Source of the DNA: Candidatus Eiseniibacteriota bacterium
GTDB lineage: Bacteria > Eisenbacteria > RBG-16-71-46
Direction of reading: 5' to 3'
NCBI GenBank assembly: GCA_031370785.1
Contig: JANMQY010000107.1
Location: 1 to 64,000 of the forward strand
DNA: 64,000 nucleotides
In this document: positions 1 through 10,149 of the stretch, one piece after another
Numbering within the stretch: the first letter of the stretch is position 1
How the letters are laid out: every line of letters starts with the position of its first letter
Made by a program: the position numbers and the translations under genes
Notes under the pieces: model-generated
Database searches by the model: none
The model's input: the letters and a program-made list of their open reading frames with translations, nothing else
Told to the model about the DNA's origin: nothing

Positions 1-1428
1 ACTGCTCATCGCGACGTAGAGATCAGGCGGCAGGACTCCCGCCTCGACCATCTGCTTCAGGCGCACTCCATCCGGGATCACCGACTCGAGGAACATGCGG
101 TGCTCCTCCTGGCGAATCGCGACGAACGTGCCGCTGAGGGCACGCAGGCGATCGCGGTGGGCGAGAGCGAGGTTCCGCAGGCCGGGCAGGCGATAGAGCG
201 GATCCCGATCGGGGTCGAGGAAGTCGTGCGCGACCTGGGTGCGCTCGATGGTCATGCCCGGGAAGCCCGATGAGTAGTCCTTCGTGTATTCCTGGTGCGA
301 CCGCCACGCCAGATCCCAGATTCCAAACGCGGAAGCGACGATCCACAACGCGACGACTACGGACGTGGCCCAACCGCGGGCGAGAAGGCGCGCGCCATCG
401 GCCGCCAGCAGGTAGAGGAACGGGAAGTAGAGATCGATAGGTCGGTACTCGAAATGGTCTCCACCGATCGAAGCGACGTAGATTGAATGCGGCACGATCA
501 GCGCCATGAACAGCAGAGGCACGAAACTGGTGCGCCTTCGCAGGTGCAGAACGATTCCCGCGATTACCAGCGGCGCCCACAGCCACACCGCGTATTCGAG
601 GAAGAACGCGGTGAAATAGGTGATGCCCGAACTCCACCACGTGCGCCCGTCCACCTTTGCGTAATAAGTGTTCGGCAACCATTCGCCATAGTAGATCCGG
701 CGGAACAGGTAGTGACCGCCGACCAGCACGACGAACGGGATGAGCGTGAGCAGGAAGCGCCCCAGTGCTCGAGGGGCGCGGATCGCGATGAATAGAGCGG
801 CGACGCCGAAGGCACTCACTGCCAGCAGCAGCCCGTCCGGTCGCGTGAGGCACGCCAGCGCGAACAGCAACGACGCGATGGGCCGGATGGGCGGGAACGA
901 CACTTCGAGCGCGCTCGAAGCCCACGCCTCGACCTCGACCACCAGGCGAAGCGCACCGCACACGATCAGTGCCTCGAAGAGGCGCGTCTCGAGCCCGCTG
1001 CTCGCCCAGACCGCGAAGCTGCGCGTGATCGCGAGCAGCACCGGCGGGACCAGGCACAGCCACATCGGCCCCCCGGCGTGCCGCCCGCGCCATGCGAACC
1101 CGGCGACCGAGGCCCAGAGCGCAAGGGTCGCGAGGAACGAGAGCGGGTTCGCGGCCTTCTCGGGTGCGATGCCGAGCCGGTCGAACGCGGACAGCAGGAT
1201 CACCCACAGAAAGTTGCTGTAGCCCTCGACCCGCTCCGCGATGCCGGCGTTGAAGACGAGGCCGTGGCCGTGGCTGAAGTTGACCGCGTAACGGAAGGAG
1301 ATGAATGCATCGTCGGTGAGGAAGCGGTAGATCCACGCGTGCCACTCCAGCGCGAACAGCGTGGCTGCGAGCGCAACGTACATGGCGATCCGGGTCGCGC
1401 GCGAAGGCGCCGCGGTCACCGCAGACAT
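1..1428 (-). CDS. GT-C fold polytopic membrane glycosyltransferase (AftB/arabinofuranosyltransferase-like), runs off left edge
   Basis: Not in ORF track (no stop in window). Manual translation from ATG 1428: [20 protein letters not shown]...[41 protein letters not shown]. The DDAxIxxRYAxN...G(L)VFN...ERVEG motif is typical of this family; many hydrophobic segments. Confidence 0.75.
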   Translation of the reverse strand, partial: MSAVTAAPSRATRIAMYVALAATLFALEWHAWIYRFLTDDAFISFRYAVNFSHGHGLVFNAGIAERVEGYSNFLWVILLSAFDRLGIAPEKAANPLSFLATLALWASVAGFAWRGRHAGGPMWLCLVPPVLLAITRSFAVWASSGLETRLFEALIVCGALRLVVEVEAWASSALEVSFPPIRPIASLLFALACLTRPDGLLLAVSAFGVAALFIAIRAPRALGRFLLTLIPFVVLVGGHYLFRRIYYGEWLPNTYYAKVDGRTWWSSGITYFTAFFLEYAVWLWAPLVIAGIVLHLRRRTSFVPLLFMALIVPHSIYVASIGGDHFEYRPIDLYFPFLYLLAADGARLLARGWATSVVVALWIVASAFGIWDLAWRSHQEYTKDYSSGFPGMTIERTQVAHDFLDPDRDPLYRLPGLRNLALAHRDRLRALSGTFVAIRQEEHRMFLESVIPDGVRLKQMVEAGVLPPDLYVAMSS

Positions 1429-1606
1429 CGCAGCGCGGGCGGTGCTTCCTTCGCGCTTTCGTTCCTCTCTCGCCACTGCGCTTTCCTCCCTCGAGTTGCT
1501 GGGCCGGCGTTCCACCGCATGCCGGCATGACCACTGGACAGACGAACGCCCGGACCTCGACTGCCAGGGCCCGGGCGCGTGCGCGCGAAGGAGTCGGATC
1601 GCGCGC

Positions 1607-2863
1607 CTAGTGCCCGTGCCCTCCTGCGCCGTGTAACACGTCCACGACCTTGACGCACGGATACTTGGTGAGGAAGCCCTGCACCGCCCAGCCGAACAGT
1701 CCGAGGAATCCGATCCCCACCCCCACCTCGGCGAACCCGAGCCACACCGTGTCCGGGTTGAGCGAGGGCATCACCAGCAGGTGTCGTTCGATCCAGACTC
1801 CGCTCATGACCAGCAGCGTGAACAGCCCGAGCCAGAACGGGCTGCTCTTGGTGGTCTTGTTCATGAGCCCGAGGAACGGGATCAGAAAGATCATGCAGAA
1901 CACGGTGAATGCAAGCGGGCGCCACGGCTGCTCGAAGCGCAGGAACACCCACCAGGTCTCCTCGTGCATGTTCGCGTACCAGATCGGCAGGTACTGCGAC
2001 CAGAAAAGATAGACCCAGAAGATGCAGAAACTGAACATGACCTTGCCGATGTCCCAGAAATGATTGGGCGTGATGTAGGCCTCGAGCCGGTACTTGCTGC
2101 GCACCTGGGTGGCGATGAACGAGGTCATCGCGATTCCGGTCAGGAAGGCCGCGGCGTAGACGAACCACCCGAACAGCGCGCTCACCCACGTCGGGGTCAG
2201 CGCCATGATGAAGTCCCAGCCGATCACGCTGAAGAACGCGACGAACGTGAGCACGATCTGGGGCGACAGGTGCGCGACCTCGTGCCGCTGCCACGCCTCT
2301 TCGGCCGCATCGCCGCGCCAGCCTGCCGTGAGCTTTTCATACGCGGGCTTGAGCTCGGGCGCGACGTGGTCCTTGAGGAGCTGCGCGTCGGTCCGGAGCG
2401 AAATCTTCGTCAGCCGGTTCGCGAGAAACCAGAACAGCCCGATCCCGCCCAGCGTGCGCAGGTAGAGGAACGGAACGTTGAGGAACGGCGTCTGGCGCGG
2501 ATCCGGGTGCTTGATCCATGGCAGGTAGGTCCAGATCCCCGCGACCAGCAGCACGCTCATCAGCGCGAAGCCGAAAGGCAGGAACGACGTCATCGACTCG
2601 CCGATGCGCTGGATCGGGCCGCCCCAGCGCCCGTTGCACAGGCGGATCGCGGCGGCCAGCACCACTCCGCCCTCGGCGACGCCGAGCCAGAAGATGGTGT
2701 TCACCGCGAAACTGCCCCACGCGCGCAGCGGCTGGGTGAGCAGCAGATAGGCGAACGAGATCAGGCCGATGGCGAAGCACACCATCCAGATCCGGCGCTT
2801 GTTCGCGTTCGGATGGACCGGCAGCTTGCTGGCGATGTCCTGGAGGATTGCGGTGTGACTCAT
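1607..2863 (-). CDS. actF: Alternative complex III subunit F (NrfD-like polytopic membrane protein)
   Basis: ~10 TM helices, [22 protein letters not shown] motif; last gene of act cluster; ATGA overlap with actE. Confidence 0.85.
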   Translation of the reverse strand: MSHTAILQDIASKLPVHPNANKRRIWMVCFAIGLISFAYLLLTQPLRAWGSFAVNTIFWLGVAEGGVVLAAAIRLCNGRWGGPIQRIGESMTSFLPFGFALMSVLLVAGIWTYLPWIKHPDPRQTPFLNVPFLYLRTLGGIGLFWFLANRLTKISLRTDAQLLKDHVAPELKPAYEKLTAGWRGDAAEEAWQRHEVAHLSPQIVLTFVAFFSVIGWDFIMALTPTWVSALFGWFVYAAAFLTGIAMTSFIATQVRSKYRLEAYITPNHFWDIGKVMFSFCIFWVYLFWSQYLPIWYANMHEETWWVFLRFEQPWRPLAFTVFCMIFLIPFLGLMNKTTKSSPFWLGLFTLLVMSGVWIERHLLVMPSLNPDTVWLGFAEVGVGIGFLGLFGWAVQGFLTKYPCVKVVDVLHGAGGHGH

Positions 2864-3444
2864 CGTGGGCTGGCCTTCTGCCTGGAGCGGATGTAGTGGA
2901 TCAGATCCCACGCTTCCTCGGCAGTCACCTGCGCGCCGTATGCGGGCATGAGCGCGCCACCGTGGCGGATGTAGGAGAAGATGTATCCGTCCCTGCGCTG
3001 CCGCGTGGCCTCGGCGAGCAGGTCAGGCGGCGGGAGGAAGAACTGAACGACCGGACCGTCACCGGCCATGGTGACTCCGTGGCAAGGGACGCAGGTCTTC
3101 ATGAACTTGCGCTCGCCGCGCGCCACCGAAGAGTCGCTGGTGCCGGTGGTCGGGTCCGTGATCTTGCCGGCGAGCATGGTGGCCAGGTCGACGGCGTTCT
3201 TGTTGGGGTCGAGCAGCATGTCGGCGGCCACGTCGCGGCCCTCGACCGGCACGCTGTGCGGATCCGGCGCGCGGGTCGAGACCTTCTGTGGATTGAGCAC
3301 CACGGTCGCGCGCATGTCGCGGATCGGATAGTAGGAAAGATGGGTCCACGAACTCACGAGGTCCTTGCAGCCCTGCTGGGTGGACAGGGCGGCGAGCATC
3401 GCCACGACCGCGATCGCGGCAATCCCGAGCAGAGTCCTACCCAT
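2860..3444 (-). CDS. actE: Alternative complex III monoheme cytochrome c subunit E (probable lipoprotein)
   Basis: Single CVPCH, distal MPAYG Met ligand, N-terminal signal ending QQGC; position in operon. Confidence 0.85.
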   Translation of the reverse strand: MGRTLLGIAAIAVVAMLAALSTQQGCKDLVSSWTHLSYYPIRDMRATVVLNPQKVSTRAPDPHSVPVEGRDVAADMLLDPNKNAVDLATMLAGKITDPTTGTSDSSVARGERKFMKTCVPCHGVTMAGDGPVVQFFLPPPDLLAEATRQRRDGYIFSYIRHGGALMPAYGAQVTAEEAWDLIHYIRSRQKASPR

Positions 3445-3979
3445 GGACCTTGACCTCTTCCGCCTGATGTCCGCGCAGCATCTGCTCGACCCGCATCGCC
3501 TGTTCGCCGCCGCATGGCACCCAGATGCCGATCCGGTCTTCGCTGAAGCGCGGATCGTAGGGCGCGCGCAGCTTGACCTGCGGCAGCCGGCCGAGCGCGA
3601 GCATGCCGAGCAGGTTGGTGAGCCCGCCGAGCAGGATCATCGACTCGTAGGCCGGAATCATGAAAGGCGGGAGCGAGATCAGCTCCTTGCCGCCCACGAC
3701 CAGCGGATACGAGAGCACCGAGTAGATGCACAGCGACAACCCGCCGGTGAATCCGAGCACGCCGCCCACGAACGTCAGCCAGCGCACCAGGGATGGACCC
3801 TGATCGAGCGCCTGCTCGATCTCGTGGTGCGGGATTGGCGAGATCACGCTCAGGTTGTGGTGCCCGGCCTGGCGCAGCGTGCGCACCGCATCGGCGGCAT
3901 CGTCGACGAAGTAGAAGACCCCCATGACGCCGTGATACTTGCCGGGCGGAGGATTCGCGAGCTTGTCGAGCAGCTTCAT
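3437..3979 (-). CDS. actD: Alternative complex III subunit D (DUF3341)
   Basis: SPIPHH, YPLVVGGK, P-YDPRFSEDR motifs, two TM helices; start at MKLLDK (alternative GTG 3985). Confidence 0.85.
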   Translation of the reverse strand: MKLLDKLANPPPGKYHGVMGVFYFVDDAADAVRTLRQAGHHNLSVISPIPHHEIEQALDQGPSLVRWLTFVGGVLGFTGGLSLCIYSVLSYPLVVGGKELISLPPFMIPAYESMILLGGLTNLLGMLALGRLPQVKLRAPYDPRFSEDRIGIWVPCGGEQAMRVEQMLRGHQAEEVKVHG

Positions 3980-3981
3980 GA

Positions 3982-5364
3982 TCACGTGGGCTTCCTCCTC
4001 GTCGGCATCGGCAGCGTCTCCTTGAGCTCGGCGATCGAGAACGCCGGGAGCACGCGCACGAAGATGAGGAAGTACATGAAGAACCACGCGAACGCGCCGG
4101 CCGTGACCGCGGCCTCGGTCCACGACATGCGGTAATACACGGTCGGCGCCGGCTCCATCGGCCGGGACAGCGATGTGACGATGATCACGAAGCGCTCGAA
4201 CCACATGCCGACGTTTACAAAGAGGCACAGCACGAAAAGCACGCGCATGTTGCGGCGCACCTTCTTGAACCACAGCGACAGCGGGATGATGCAGTTGCAG
4301 GTGAACATGATCCAGAACGCCCACCAGTAATGCCCGGTCGCGCGATACCAGAAGATGTCGCGCTCGAACTTATTCGGCCCGTACCACGCCATGAAGAACT
4401 CGGTCAGGTACGAGTATGCGACCATGGTCGAGGTGAGCAGGACCAGCTTGGAGAGCTTCTCCATGTGATCGAGCGTCACGATGTGCTCGAGCCTGAAGGT
4501 CTTGCGGATCGGGATCAGCAGGTTGATCACCATCGCCACGCCCGAGAAGATCGCGCCGGCCACGAAGTAGGGCGCGAACAGCGTGCTGTGCCACCCCGGC
4601 ACCTGCGCCATCGCAAAATCCCACGACACCACGCTGTGCACCGAGAACACCAGCGGGGTGGCCATCGCCGCGAAGAAGATGTAGGCGCCGTAGTAGTGCT
4701 TCCAGTTGTTGTTGGTTCCGATCCAGCCGAACGACACCGCCTGATAGAGCAGCTTCATCGCAGGGTGCTTCGCGCGATCGCGCGCCGCCGCCGCATCGGG
4801 GATCAGGCCCACCAGGAAGAACACGCTCGAGATGATCAGGTAGGTGGTCACCGCGAACACGTCCCACTCGAGCGGGGAGCGGAAGTTGGGCCACAGGCCG
4901 CGCTGGTTGGGATACGGGATCAGCCAGTATCCGAACCACGGACGCCCGGTGTGGACCAGCGGGAACAGTCCCGCCGTGAGCACCGCGAAGATGGTCATCG
5001 CCTCGGCCACCCGGTAGACCGCGCGGCGGAAGTGCGAGCGGAACAGGTAGAGCACTGCCGAGACCAGCGTCCCGCAGTGGGCGATGCCGACCCAGAAGAC
5101 GAAGTTCGTGATATACGAAGCCCACATGATCGGCCGGGTCCACCCGCCGACTCCGAGTCCCATCACGATTTCGTTGCGGAGCGCGATGCCACCGATCACG
5201 AGGATCACCAGGTCGATGATGAAGACGGTCCACCATACGTGACCGGGCCAGCTGATCATCCTGAGCACGTCGTCGTTCAGCGACTTCTGCGTCATGGTCG
5301 CCGGCAGGTGCTCGCTCACCCCGACTTCTTCCGCTGCCTCGGCTCCGCCGTGCATGTCGCTCAT
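3982..5364 (-). CDS. actC: Alternative complex III quinol-binding subunit C (NrfD/PsrC family)
   Basis: YITNFVFWVGIAHCGTLVSA, HTGRPW, PNFRSPLEWDVFAV, SVHSVVSWDFA, GWHSTLFAPYFVAGAIFSG motifs. Confidence 0.92.
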   Translation of the reverse strand: MSDMHGGAEAAEEVGVSEHLPATMTQKSLNDDVLRMISWPGHVWWTVFIIDLVILVIGGIALRNEIVMGLGVGGWTRPIMWASYITNFVFWVGIAHCGTLVSAVLYLFRSHFRRAVYRVAEAMTIFAVLTAGLFPLVHTGRPWFGYWLIPYPNQRGLWPNFRSPLEWDVFAVTTYLIISSVFFLVGLIPDAAAARDRAKHPAMKLLYQAVSFGWIGTNNNWKHYYGAYIFFAAMATPLVFSVHSVVSWDFAMAQVPGWHSTLFAPYFVAGAIFSGVAMVINLLIPIRKTFRLEHIVTLDHMEKLSKLVLLTSTMVAYSYLTEFFMAWYGPNKFERDIFWYRATGHYWWAFWIMFTCNCIIPLSLWFKKVRRNMRVLFVLCLFVNVGMWFERFVIIVTSLSRPMEPAPTVYYRMSWTEAAVTAGAFAWFFMYFLIFVRVLPAFSIAELKETLPMPTRRKPT

Positions 5365-5377
5365 CGGGCCGCCCCGC

Positions 5378-8300
5378 TCATGCGTTCTCCCGCTGGAGCT
5401 TCTTCAGATACGTCACGCCCGGCTTGGTGTTCAGCTCCTCGAGCACCCAGTAGCGGCGCTCGCCGTACGACTTCTTGTGGACTTGGCTCTCGAGATCCAT
5501 CAGGTCGCCGAACACGATCGCCTGGGTCGGGCAGGACTGCGCGCACGCGGTCTGGATCTCGCCGTCGCGCAGCGGACGGTTCTGGTCCCTGGCGTTGCCC
5601 TTGCCCTCGAGGATGCGCTGCACGCACATGGTGCACTTCTCCATCACTCCCTTGGAGCGCACCGTCACGTCCGGATTGAGCTGCCAGTTGAGCGGCTCGG
5701 GGAACGCGAACGTCGCCTTCTCGGGCGCGGAGTAATCGAACCAGTTGAACGCGCGCACCTTGTACGGACAGTTGTTGGAACAGTAGCGCGTGCCGACGCA
5801 GCGGTTGTAGACCTGCGCGTTGAGCCCCTCGGGATTGTGATAGGTCGCGTAGACCGGGCACACCGTCTCGCACGGAGCGTCGCCGCAGTGCTGGCACATC
5901 ATCGGAACGTTGCGCACGTCGAGACGGCCGGGCGAAAGCTTCTCCTCGTAACGCTCGATGCGGATCCAGGTCATCTCGCGGCCGCGATGGATCAGCACCG
6001 GGCCGACCGTCGGCACGTTGTTTTCCGCCGAGCACGCCACCACGCATGCGCTGCAACCGGTGCAGGTGTTCAGGTCGATGGACATCGCCCAGCGGTGCGC
6101 GCCGTGCTTGTAGCTGCCTTCGGTGATCGGGATCGCGCGCGGCCCACGGCCGGCCTCTTCGGGAGTGAACGCGGTGATCGCGTGCGCCGGAGTCGGAGGA
6201 GCGTTGGCGAGCGGACTGGTCGCCACGCCGGGCTTGTTCGTGGCGCGCTCGAACTTCGGGCCGCCCGCGACTCCGTGCCCGGCGTGCTCGCCGCTCTCCC
6301 CGTGCGCCGCCTCTGCGCCTGCGCCCGGCGCCGCCTCTCCGGCGGCGGCGCCGAGCAGCGACGCGACCGGGATCACCTGCGCGATGTTGCGGTCGCGTTG
6401 CTGCTTGAACTGCTGGGTCAGGCTCAGATCGACGGGCTTCGTGCCGCGCGACAGGCGCGCCTTCGCGCTCAGGTAGGCGACCGCACCCGAGGCGCCGTCC
6501 TGCGCCGGCGAGAGCAGCGCCATCGCGTTCACACCGCGATCCTTCGCGTAGCGGCCGTAGGCGGTGTGGCCCTGCCCGAGCGGCATCGCGACCACGTCCT
6601 TGCGCATGCCCGCGTAGAGATAGGCCGGCGCCTCGAGGCTGCCCGCCTCGGTCTCGATGTGCAGCGCATCGCCCTGCTGGACCCCGAGCTTCGCCGCGGT
6701 CTCGGGATGGATCTCGGCCCACGAGCCCCACACCACCTTGGTCGTGGTGTCGGGCAGCTCCTGAAGCCACGACTTGTTCGCGCCGCGGCCGTCGTAGAGC
6801 GCACTGTGCGCGTAGAGGATCAGCGCCACATCGCCGCTGCCCTTGAGCTGCGGCGCGGCGAATGCCGGCGTTCCGGTCCAGCGCACCGCGGAGGCGGCCG
6901 GCTGTTCCCACACGCCGCCATTCTTGAGCGCATCGGCCCAGAACGTGTCGAAGTCACGGCCGGAGCCGAAACGAGCGTGCATTGGCCGCCACTGCGACTT
7001 GAGGTAGGCAGGCCAGTCGGCGCCGAGTCCCGCGCCAAGTCCCGCCCCCTTCGCGAGCGCGATCAGCGTCTCGCCGGCCGCTCGCGCGTCGAACATCGGC
7101 AGCCGCTGCATGCCGGGCTGGATCAGCGCGTGAATGCCGCGCGCGCTCTCGGCATCACCCAGCGACTCGAGCGAGTGGGTCGAGGGCAGCAGCAGATCGC
7201 AGCGCTCCGAGGTTTCGTCGAGCACGCCGGAGAGCGAGATCTTGAATGGCACCCGGTCCATGCCTGCAGCAAATCCTGCCCACGCCGGCGCGGCGTAGGC
7301 GGGATTGGCCTCGTGCACGAGCAGCACTTGCACGCGCCCCTCGCCCATCGACTGGATCAGCCGCTGCAGGTCGCTGAACGAGGCGACCGAGTCGTAGTTG
7401 AGCGTGCGATCGAAGCGGACCGTCTGCCCGATGTTGCCGGCGACGTAGTTGAGCAGGTTGACCGCCGCCAGCAGCGCCACCGACTGCTCGCTCTGCGTCG
7501 AAATCCCGCCCGCGACCGCGAGCGAGGGGCGGCTGCGCGCGAAGTGGCGCGCCATCTCCTGCACCTGCTCGGCGGAAACTTCGGTCTCCTTCTCGACCAT
7601 CTCGGGGGTGAATGCCGAGACCGCATCGAACAGCGCGCCGCGGTCCGATCCACTCCCCAGATTCTCGCTGAGGATCACGCGCGCCATCCCGAGCGCGAGC
7701 GCCATCTCGCCGCCTGGCCGGATCGCGACCCACTCGTCCGCATTCGCGCCGGTGAGCGAAAGGCGCGGCTCGACCGCGACGAAATGGCTGTCGCTGCGCG
7801 AGCGCATGGTGGCGAAATCGCGCGCATGCTCGACCGGCGAAACCCAGGTCTCGAGGAAATCCGCCCCGAAGCTCACCACCATGTTCGCCTTCGCGAAGTC
7901 GAGGGTGGGAACCGCGGCCTGCCCGAACGTGCGCCGGTTGGCCTCGCGCAGGCTCTCGTGCGCGAACGGCTCGTAGACGAGATGGGTCCCCGCAGCCGCG
8001 GTCGCCAGATCCGCGGCCAGCCGGTGGAGCGAACCGGTCGCGTTCGCGGTCACGATCGCGAGCTTCTGCCCGCCGCGTGCGGCGGCGAGCTTCTCGGCCG
8101 CGAGCTTGATTGCATCGTCCCATGCGATCTTCTGCCACGCGCCGTTCTGCTTGAGCATCGGGGTGCGGATGCGATCCGGATCGTAGAGTCCCTGGAGCCC
8201 CGCCTGACCGCGCGCGCACAGCCCGCCGCGATTGACGGGGTGAGCCGGGTTGCCCTCGACCTTGATCACGCGCCCCTCGCGCGCCTTCACGTGGATGCCG

Positions 8301-8491
8301 CAGCCGGCCGGGCACTCGCGGCAGGTGCTGGCGTACCAGTAGGGAACCCCGGGCAGGATGTCCTCGGGCGCGACCAGGTAAGGAATCAGTCTGTCGGCCG
8401 GGGCTTTCGCACAGCCGGCGGCAGTACCGGCCACGCCAATGCCCACCAGTTTCAGGAAGTCGCGGCGATTGAATACCACCCGATCCGACAT
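5378..8491 (-). CDS. actB: Alternative complex III subunit B (Mo-bisPGD-enzyme-like domain fused to Fe-S ferredoxin domain), Tat-exported lipoprotein
   Basis: Start MSDRVVFNRRDFLK (Tat motif) then AAGC lipobox. N-terminal CxxCxxxC..C motif. C-terminal CTGCSACVVAC, CQHCGDAPCETVC, CVGTRYCSNNC ([3Fe-4S]-type) and CTMC clusters. Confidence 0.9.
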   Translation of the reverse strand: MSDRVVFNRRDFLKLVGIGVAGTAAGCAKAPADRLIPYLVAPEDILPGVPYWYASTCRECPAGCGIHVKAREGRVIKVEGNPAHPVNRGGLCARGQAGLQGLYDPDRIRTPMLKQNGAWQKIAWDDAIKLAAEKLAAARGGQKLAIVTANATGSLHRLAADLATAAAGTHLVYEPFAHESLREANRRTFGQAAVPTLDFAKANMVVSFGADFLETWVSPVEHARDFATMRSRSDSHFVAVEPRLSLTGANADEWVAIRPGGEMALALGMARVILSENLGSGSDRGALFDAVSAFTPEMVEKETEVSAEQVQEMARHFARSRPSLAVAGGISTQSEQSVALLAAVNLLNYVAGNIGQTVRFDRTLNYDSVASFSDLQRLIQSMGEGRVQVLLVHEANPAYAAPAWAGFAAGMDRVPFKISLSGVLDETSERCDLLLPSTHSLESLGDAESARGIHALIQPGMQRLPMFDARAAGETLIALAKGAGLGAGLGADWPAYLKSQWRPMHARFGSGRDFDTFWADALKNGGVWEQPAASAVRWTGTPAFAAPQLKGSGDVALILYAHSALYDGRGANKSWLQELPDTTTKVVWGSWAEIHPETAAKLGVQQGDALHIETEAGSLEAPAYLYAGMRKDVVAMPLGQGHTAYGRYAKDRGVNAMALLSPAQDGASGAVAYLSAKARLSRGTKPVDLSLTQQFKQQRDRNIAQVIPVASLLGAAAGEAAPGAGAEAAHGESGEHAGHGVAGGPKFERATNKPGVATSPLANAPPTPAHAITAFTPEEAGRGPRAIPITEGSYKHGAHRWAMSIDLNTCTGCSACVVACSAENNVPTVGPVLIHRGREMTWIRIERYEEKLSPGRLDVRNVPMMCQHCGDAPCETVCPVYATYHNPEGLNAQVYNRCVGTRYCSNNCPYKVRAFNWFDYSAPEKATFAFPEPLNWQLNPDVTVRSKGVMEKCTMCVQRILEGKGNARDQNRPLRDGEIQTACAQSCPTQAIVFGDLMDLESQVHKKSYGERRYWVLEELNTKPGVTYLKKLQRENA

Positions 8492-8499
8492 CGCGTCCT

Positions 8500-9030
8500 C
8501 TAGTGGTGACACACCAGGCAGTCCAGCGTTGCCGGGTGTTCGGGATTGTCGAGATTCTGGCGGTGGCAGGTCACGCACCAGCCCATCTTGAGCGGCGGAT
8601 ACTGGTACACGACCGCCATCTCCTGCACCGGCCCGTGGCAGTTCTGGCACGCGAGCCCGGCCTTCACGTGACGCTTGTGATTGAACTTCACGTAGTCCGG
8701 CAGGTGGTAGACCTCGACCCACGGGATCGGTTCGCCGCGTTCGAAGTAGCCGGCGAGCTTCACGATCTCGGGCCGATCGCTGGCCGCGATCTTGTGGCAG
8801 CCCATGCAGGTGCTGACCGCCGGGATGTTCGCGATCGGCGACTTCTCCGCGGCGTAGTGGCAGTAGAGGCAGTCCATGCCGAGCTTGCCGGCGTGGAGTT
8901 GGTGGGAAAAATTGATCGGTTGACGCGGACCTTTGTGGTCGCCCATCCGGCCCGGAAAGGACTCGGTGAAGGCAACGGTCGCGGCCGTCAACGTGGAGGC
9001 GAGGATCAGAAGAGCAAGGGCTCTGTTCAT
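8500..9030 (-). CDS. actA: Alternative complex III pentaheme cytochrome c subunit A
   Basis: Five CxxCH motifs (CLYCH, CMGCH, CQNCH, CVTCH, CLVCH), QPINFSHQLHAG, MGWC; N-terminal hydrophobic anchor. Confidence 0.92.
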   Translation of the reverse strand: MNRALALLILASTLTAATVAFTESFPGRMGDHKGPRQPINFSHQLHAGKLGMDCLYCHYAAEKSPIANIPAVSTCMGCHKIAASDRPEIVKLAGYFERGEPIPWVEVYHLPDYVKFNHKRHVKAGLACQNCHGPVQEMAVVYQYPPLKMGWCVTCHRQNLDNPEHPATLDCLVCHH

Positions 9031-9044
9031 GGCTGGACCGGCGC

Positions 9045-9073
9045 AACCTAACCGCCTGTCCGAACCCTGTCAA
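9045..9073 (-). promoter_or_regulatory. Sigma70-type promoter of act operon
   Basis: Minus strand TTGACA-17 bp-TAGGTT, 14 nt upstream of actA ATG. Confidence 0.7.
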
Positions 9074-9078
9074 TCGGA

Positions 9079-9096
9079 TTGTGAAAGCAGGCACAA
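9079..9096. promoter_or_regulatory. Rex/CRP-like palindromic operator upstream of act promoter
   Basis: TTGTGAAAGCAGGCACAA vs Rex consensus TTGTGAAnnnnTTCACAA (also fits TGTGA-N6-TCACA); 5 bp upstream of -35. Confidence 0.55.
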
Positions 9097-9158
9097 AGTG
9101 GGCCCATCTCGCGGCACTTCGCGGGACTAGGCGCGAGAGCAGCGCGCAGGGCGGGGAC

Positions 9159-9202
9159 CAAAAAGCGACACGGACCCGCGTGATGAGCGCGAGTCCGTAT
9201 CG
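9159..9202 (-). terminator. Probable intrinsic terminator after 9222-9806 gene
   Basis: Imperfect hairpin cgacacggacccgcg...cgcgagtccgtatcg followed on minus strand by CTTTTT. Confidence 0.4.
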
Positions 9203-9221
9203 GTACTACAGCCCCCCGGGC

Positions 9222-9806
9222 TTACCAGCCGGCTTTGCCCTGGACGCCGTACGTCGAGAAGTGATAGAGCGGCGCGTAGACCGTAAGGCCGGTGACGTTG
9301 ACCGCGCTGCCGGGCACCGGACGCCACACCCCCGCCAGCTCGTCGAACCAGACCGTCTCCAGCTTCGAGATGAGCGGCGTATCTGCCCCAGCGACGTTCG
9401 AGCTGAGCACGACCGGAAGCCGGAAGTGGTTGGCCGAGGCCGGCGAGATGTTCAACTCGACCTTCATCTGCGACGCATCCGGCACGTTGATGCTGATGGT
9501 CGCCGATCCTGAGAACGCCAGAGGCGGCACGACCAGCGTGAAGCGTCCGACCTGGAGCGTTCCGCCGAGCAGACCGTTGATGAGTTTCGAGCCCGACGTC
9601 GGCCCCGGCAGTGCCGGCACATCGACGATCTTGACTTCAGCGAGCGCCGGATCGAGCGGGACAGTGGACGCCTCATCGTCGATCGAGACAACGCGCGTAT
9701 CCGCCGCGCTCACCGGCGGGGCACCGAGGGCGGCGGGGAGCAGCAGCGTCAGTATGAACGCCGCAGCCGCCGTGAACTGGCTGGAACTGAATGAGTCGCG
9801 CTTCAC
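9222..9806 (-). CDS. Hypothetical secreted protein (ZU5/GAIN-like beta domain)
   Basis: GTG start with GGAG RBS, signal peptide, GGTLQVGRFTLVVPPLAF and terminal LYHFSTYGV segments. Confidence 0.65.
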   Translation of the reverse strand: MKRDSFSSSQFTAAAAFILTLLLPAALGAPPVSAADTRVVSIDDEASTVPLDPALAEVKIVDVPALPGPTSGSKLINGLLGGTLQVGRFTLVVPPLAFSGSATISINVPDASQMKVELNISPASANHFRLPVVLSSNVAGADTPLISKLETVWFDELAGVWRPVPGSAVNVTGLTVYAPLYHFSTYGVQGKAGW

Positions 9807-9932
9807 TGGATATCTCCGATTTCTTCCGCCTGGAAGCGGAGTCGAGGGGGTCGATCGCACTCCGGTTCGCACGGGCGGCGCCGGGTGCCTCTGAGGTGCC
9901 GGGCTCCGCGCCGTCCTTCGCACATACCCAAC

Positions 9933-9947
9933 GCACGCCGCGTGCCC
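9933..9947 (-). promoter_or_regulatory. Possible sigma54 promoter
   Basis: Minus strand GGGCACGCGGCGTGC, GG-N10-GC, close to TGGCACGnnnnTTGC. Confidence 0.3.
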
Positions 9948-10100
9948 CTTCCGGCATCCCACTGTCCATTTCGGGCCACCCTTGCGCCGCAACGACCTGG
10001 CGGGGCGCTTGTGAACGCGCCGGCACAAGCATTGTGGGGCGCAATTCGCGCAACGGCGGTTTGCAATGGGCGGTTGGGGGTGTTCTCCCCGGCCCATGAG

Positions 10101-10134
10101 AAAAAACCCCCGACGCCACGGCTGGCGTCGGGGG
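10101..10134 (-). terminator. Intrinsic terminator of cysM-mec-moeZ-M48 operon
   Basis: 12-bp stem cccccgacgcca/tggcgtcggggg, 4-nt loop, T6 tract on minus strand. Confidence 0.8.
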
Positions 10135-10149
10135 CAGATTCCGGGAGGG

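Noticed and set aside
23..1534. 503-aa minus-strand ORF from the track
   Set aside because: Wrong frame (Arg/Pro-rich); the real GT-C gene is in another frame and runs off the window
5294..8503. 1069-aa plus-strand ORF
   Set aside because: Antisense shadow of actB
8492..9094. N-terminal extension making ActB 1238 aa
   Set aside because: Overlaps actA in another frame; the Tat signal and GAGGA RBS place the start at 8491
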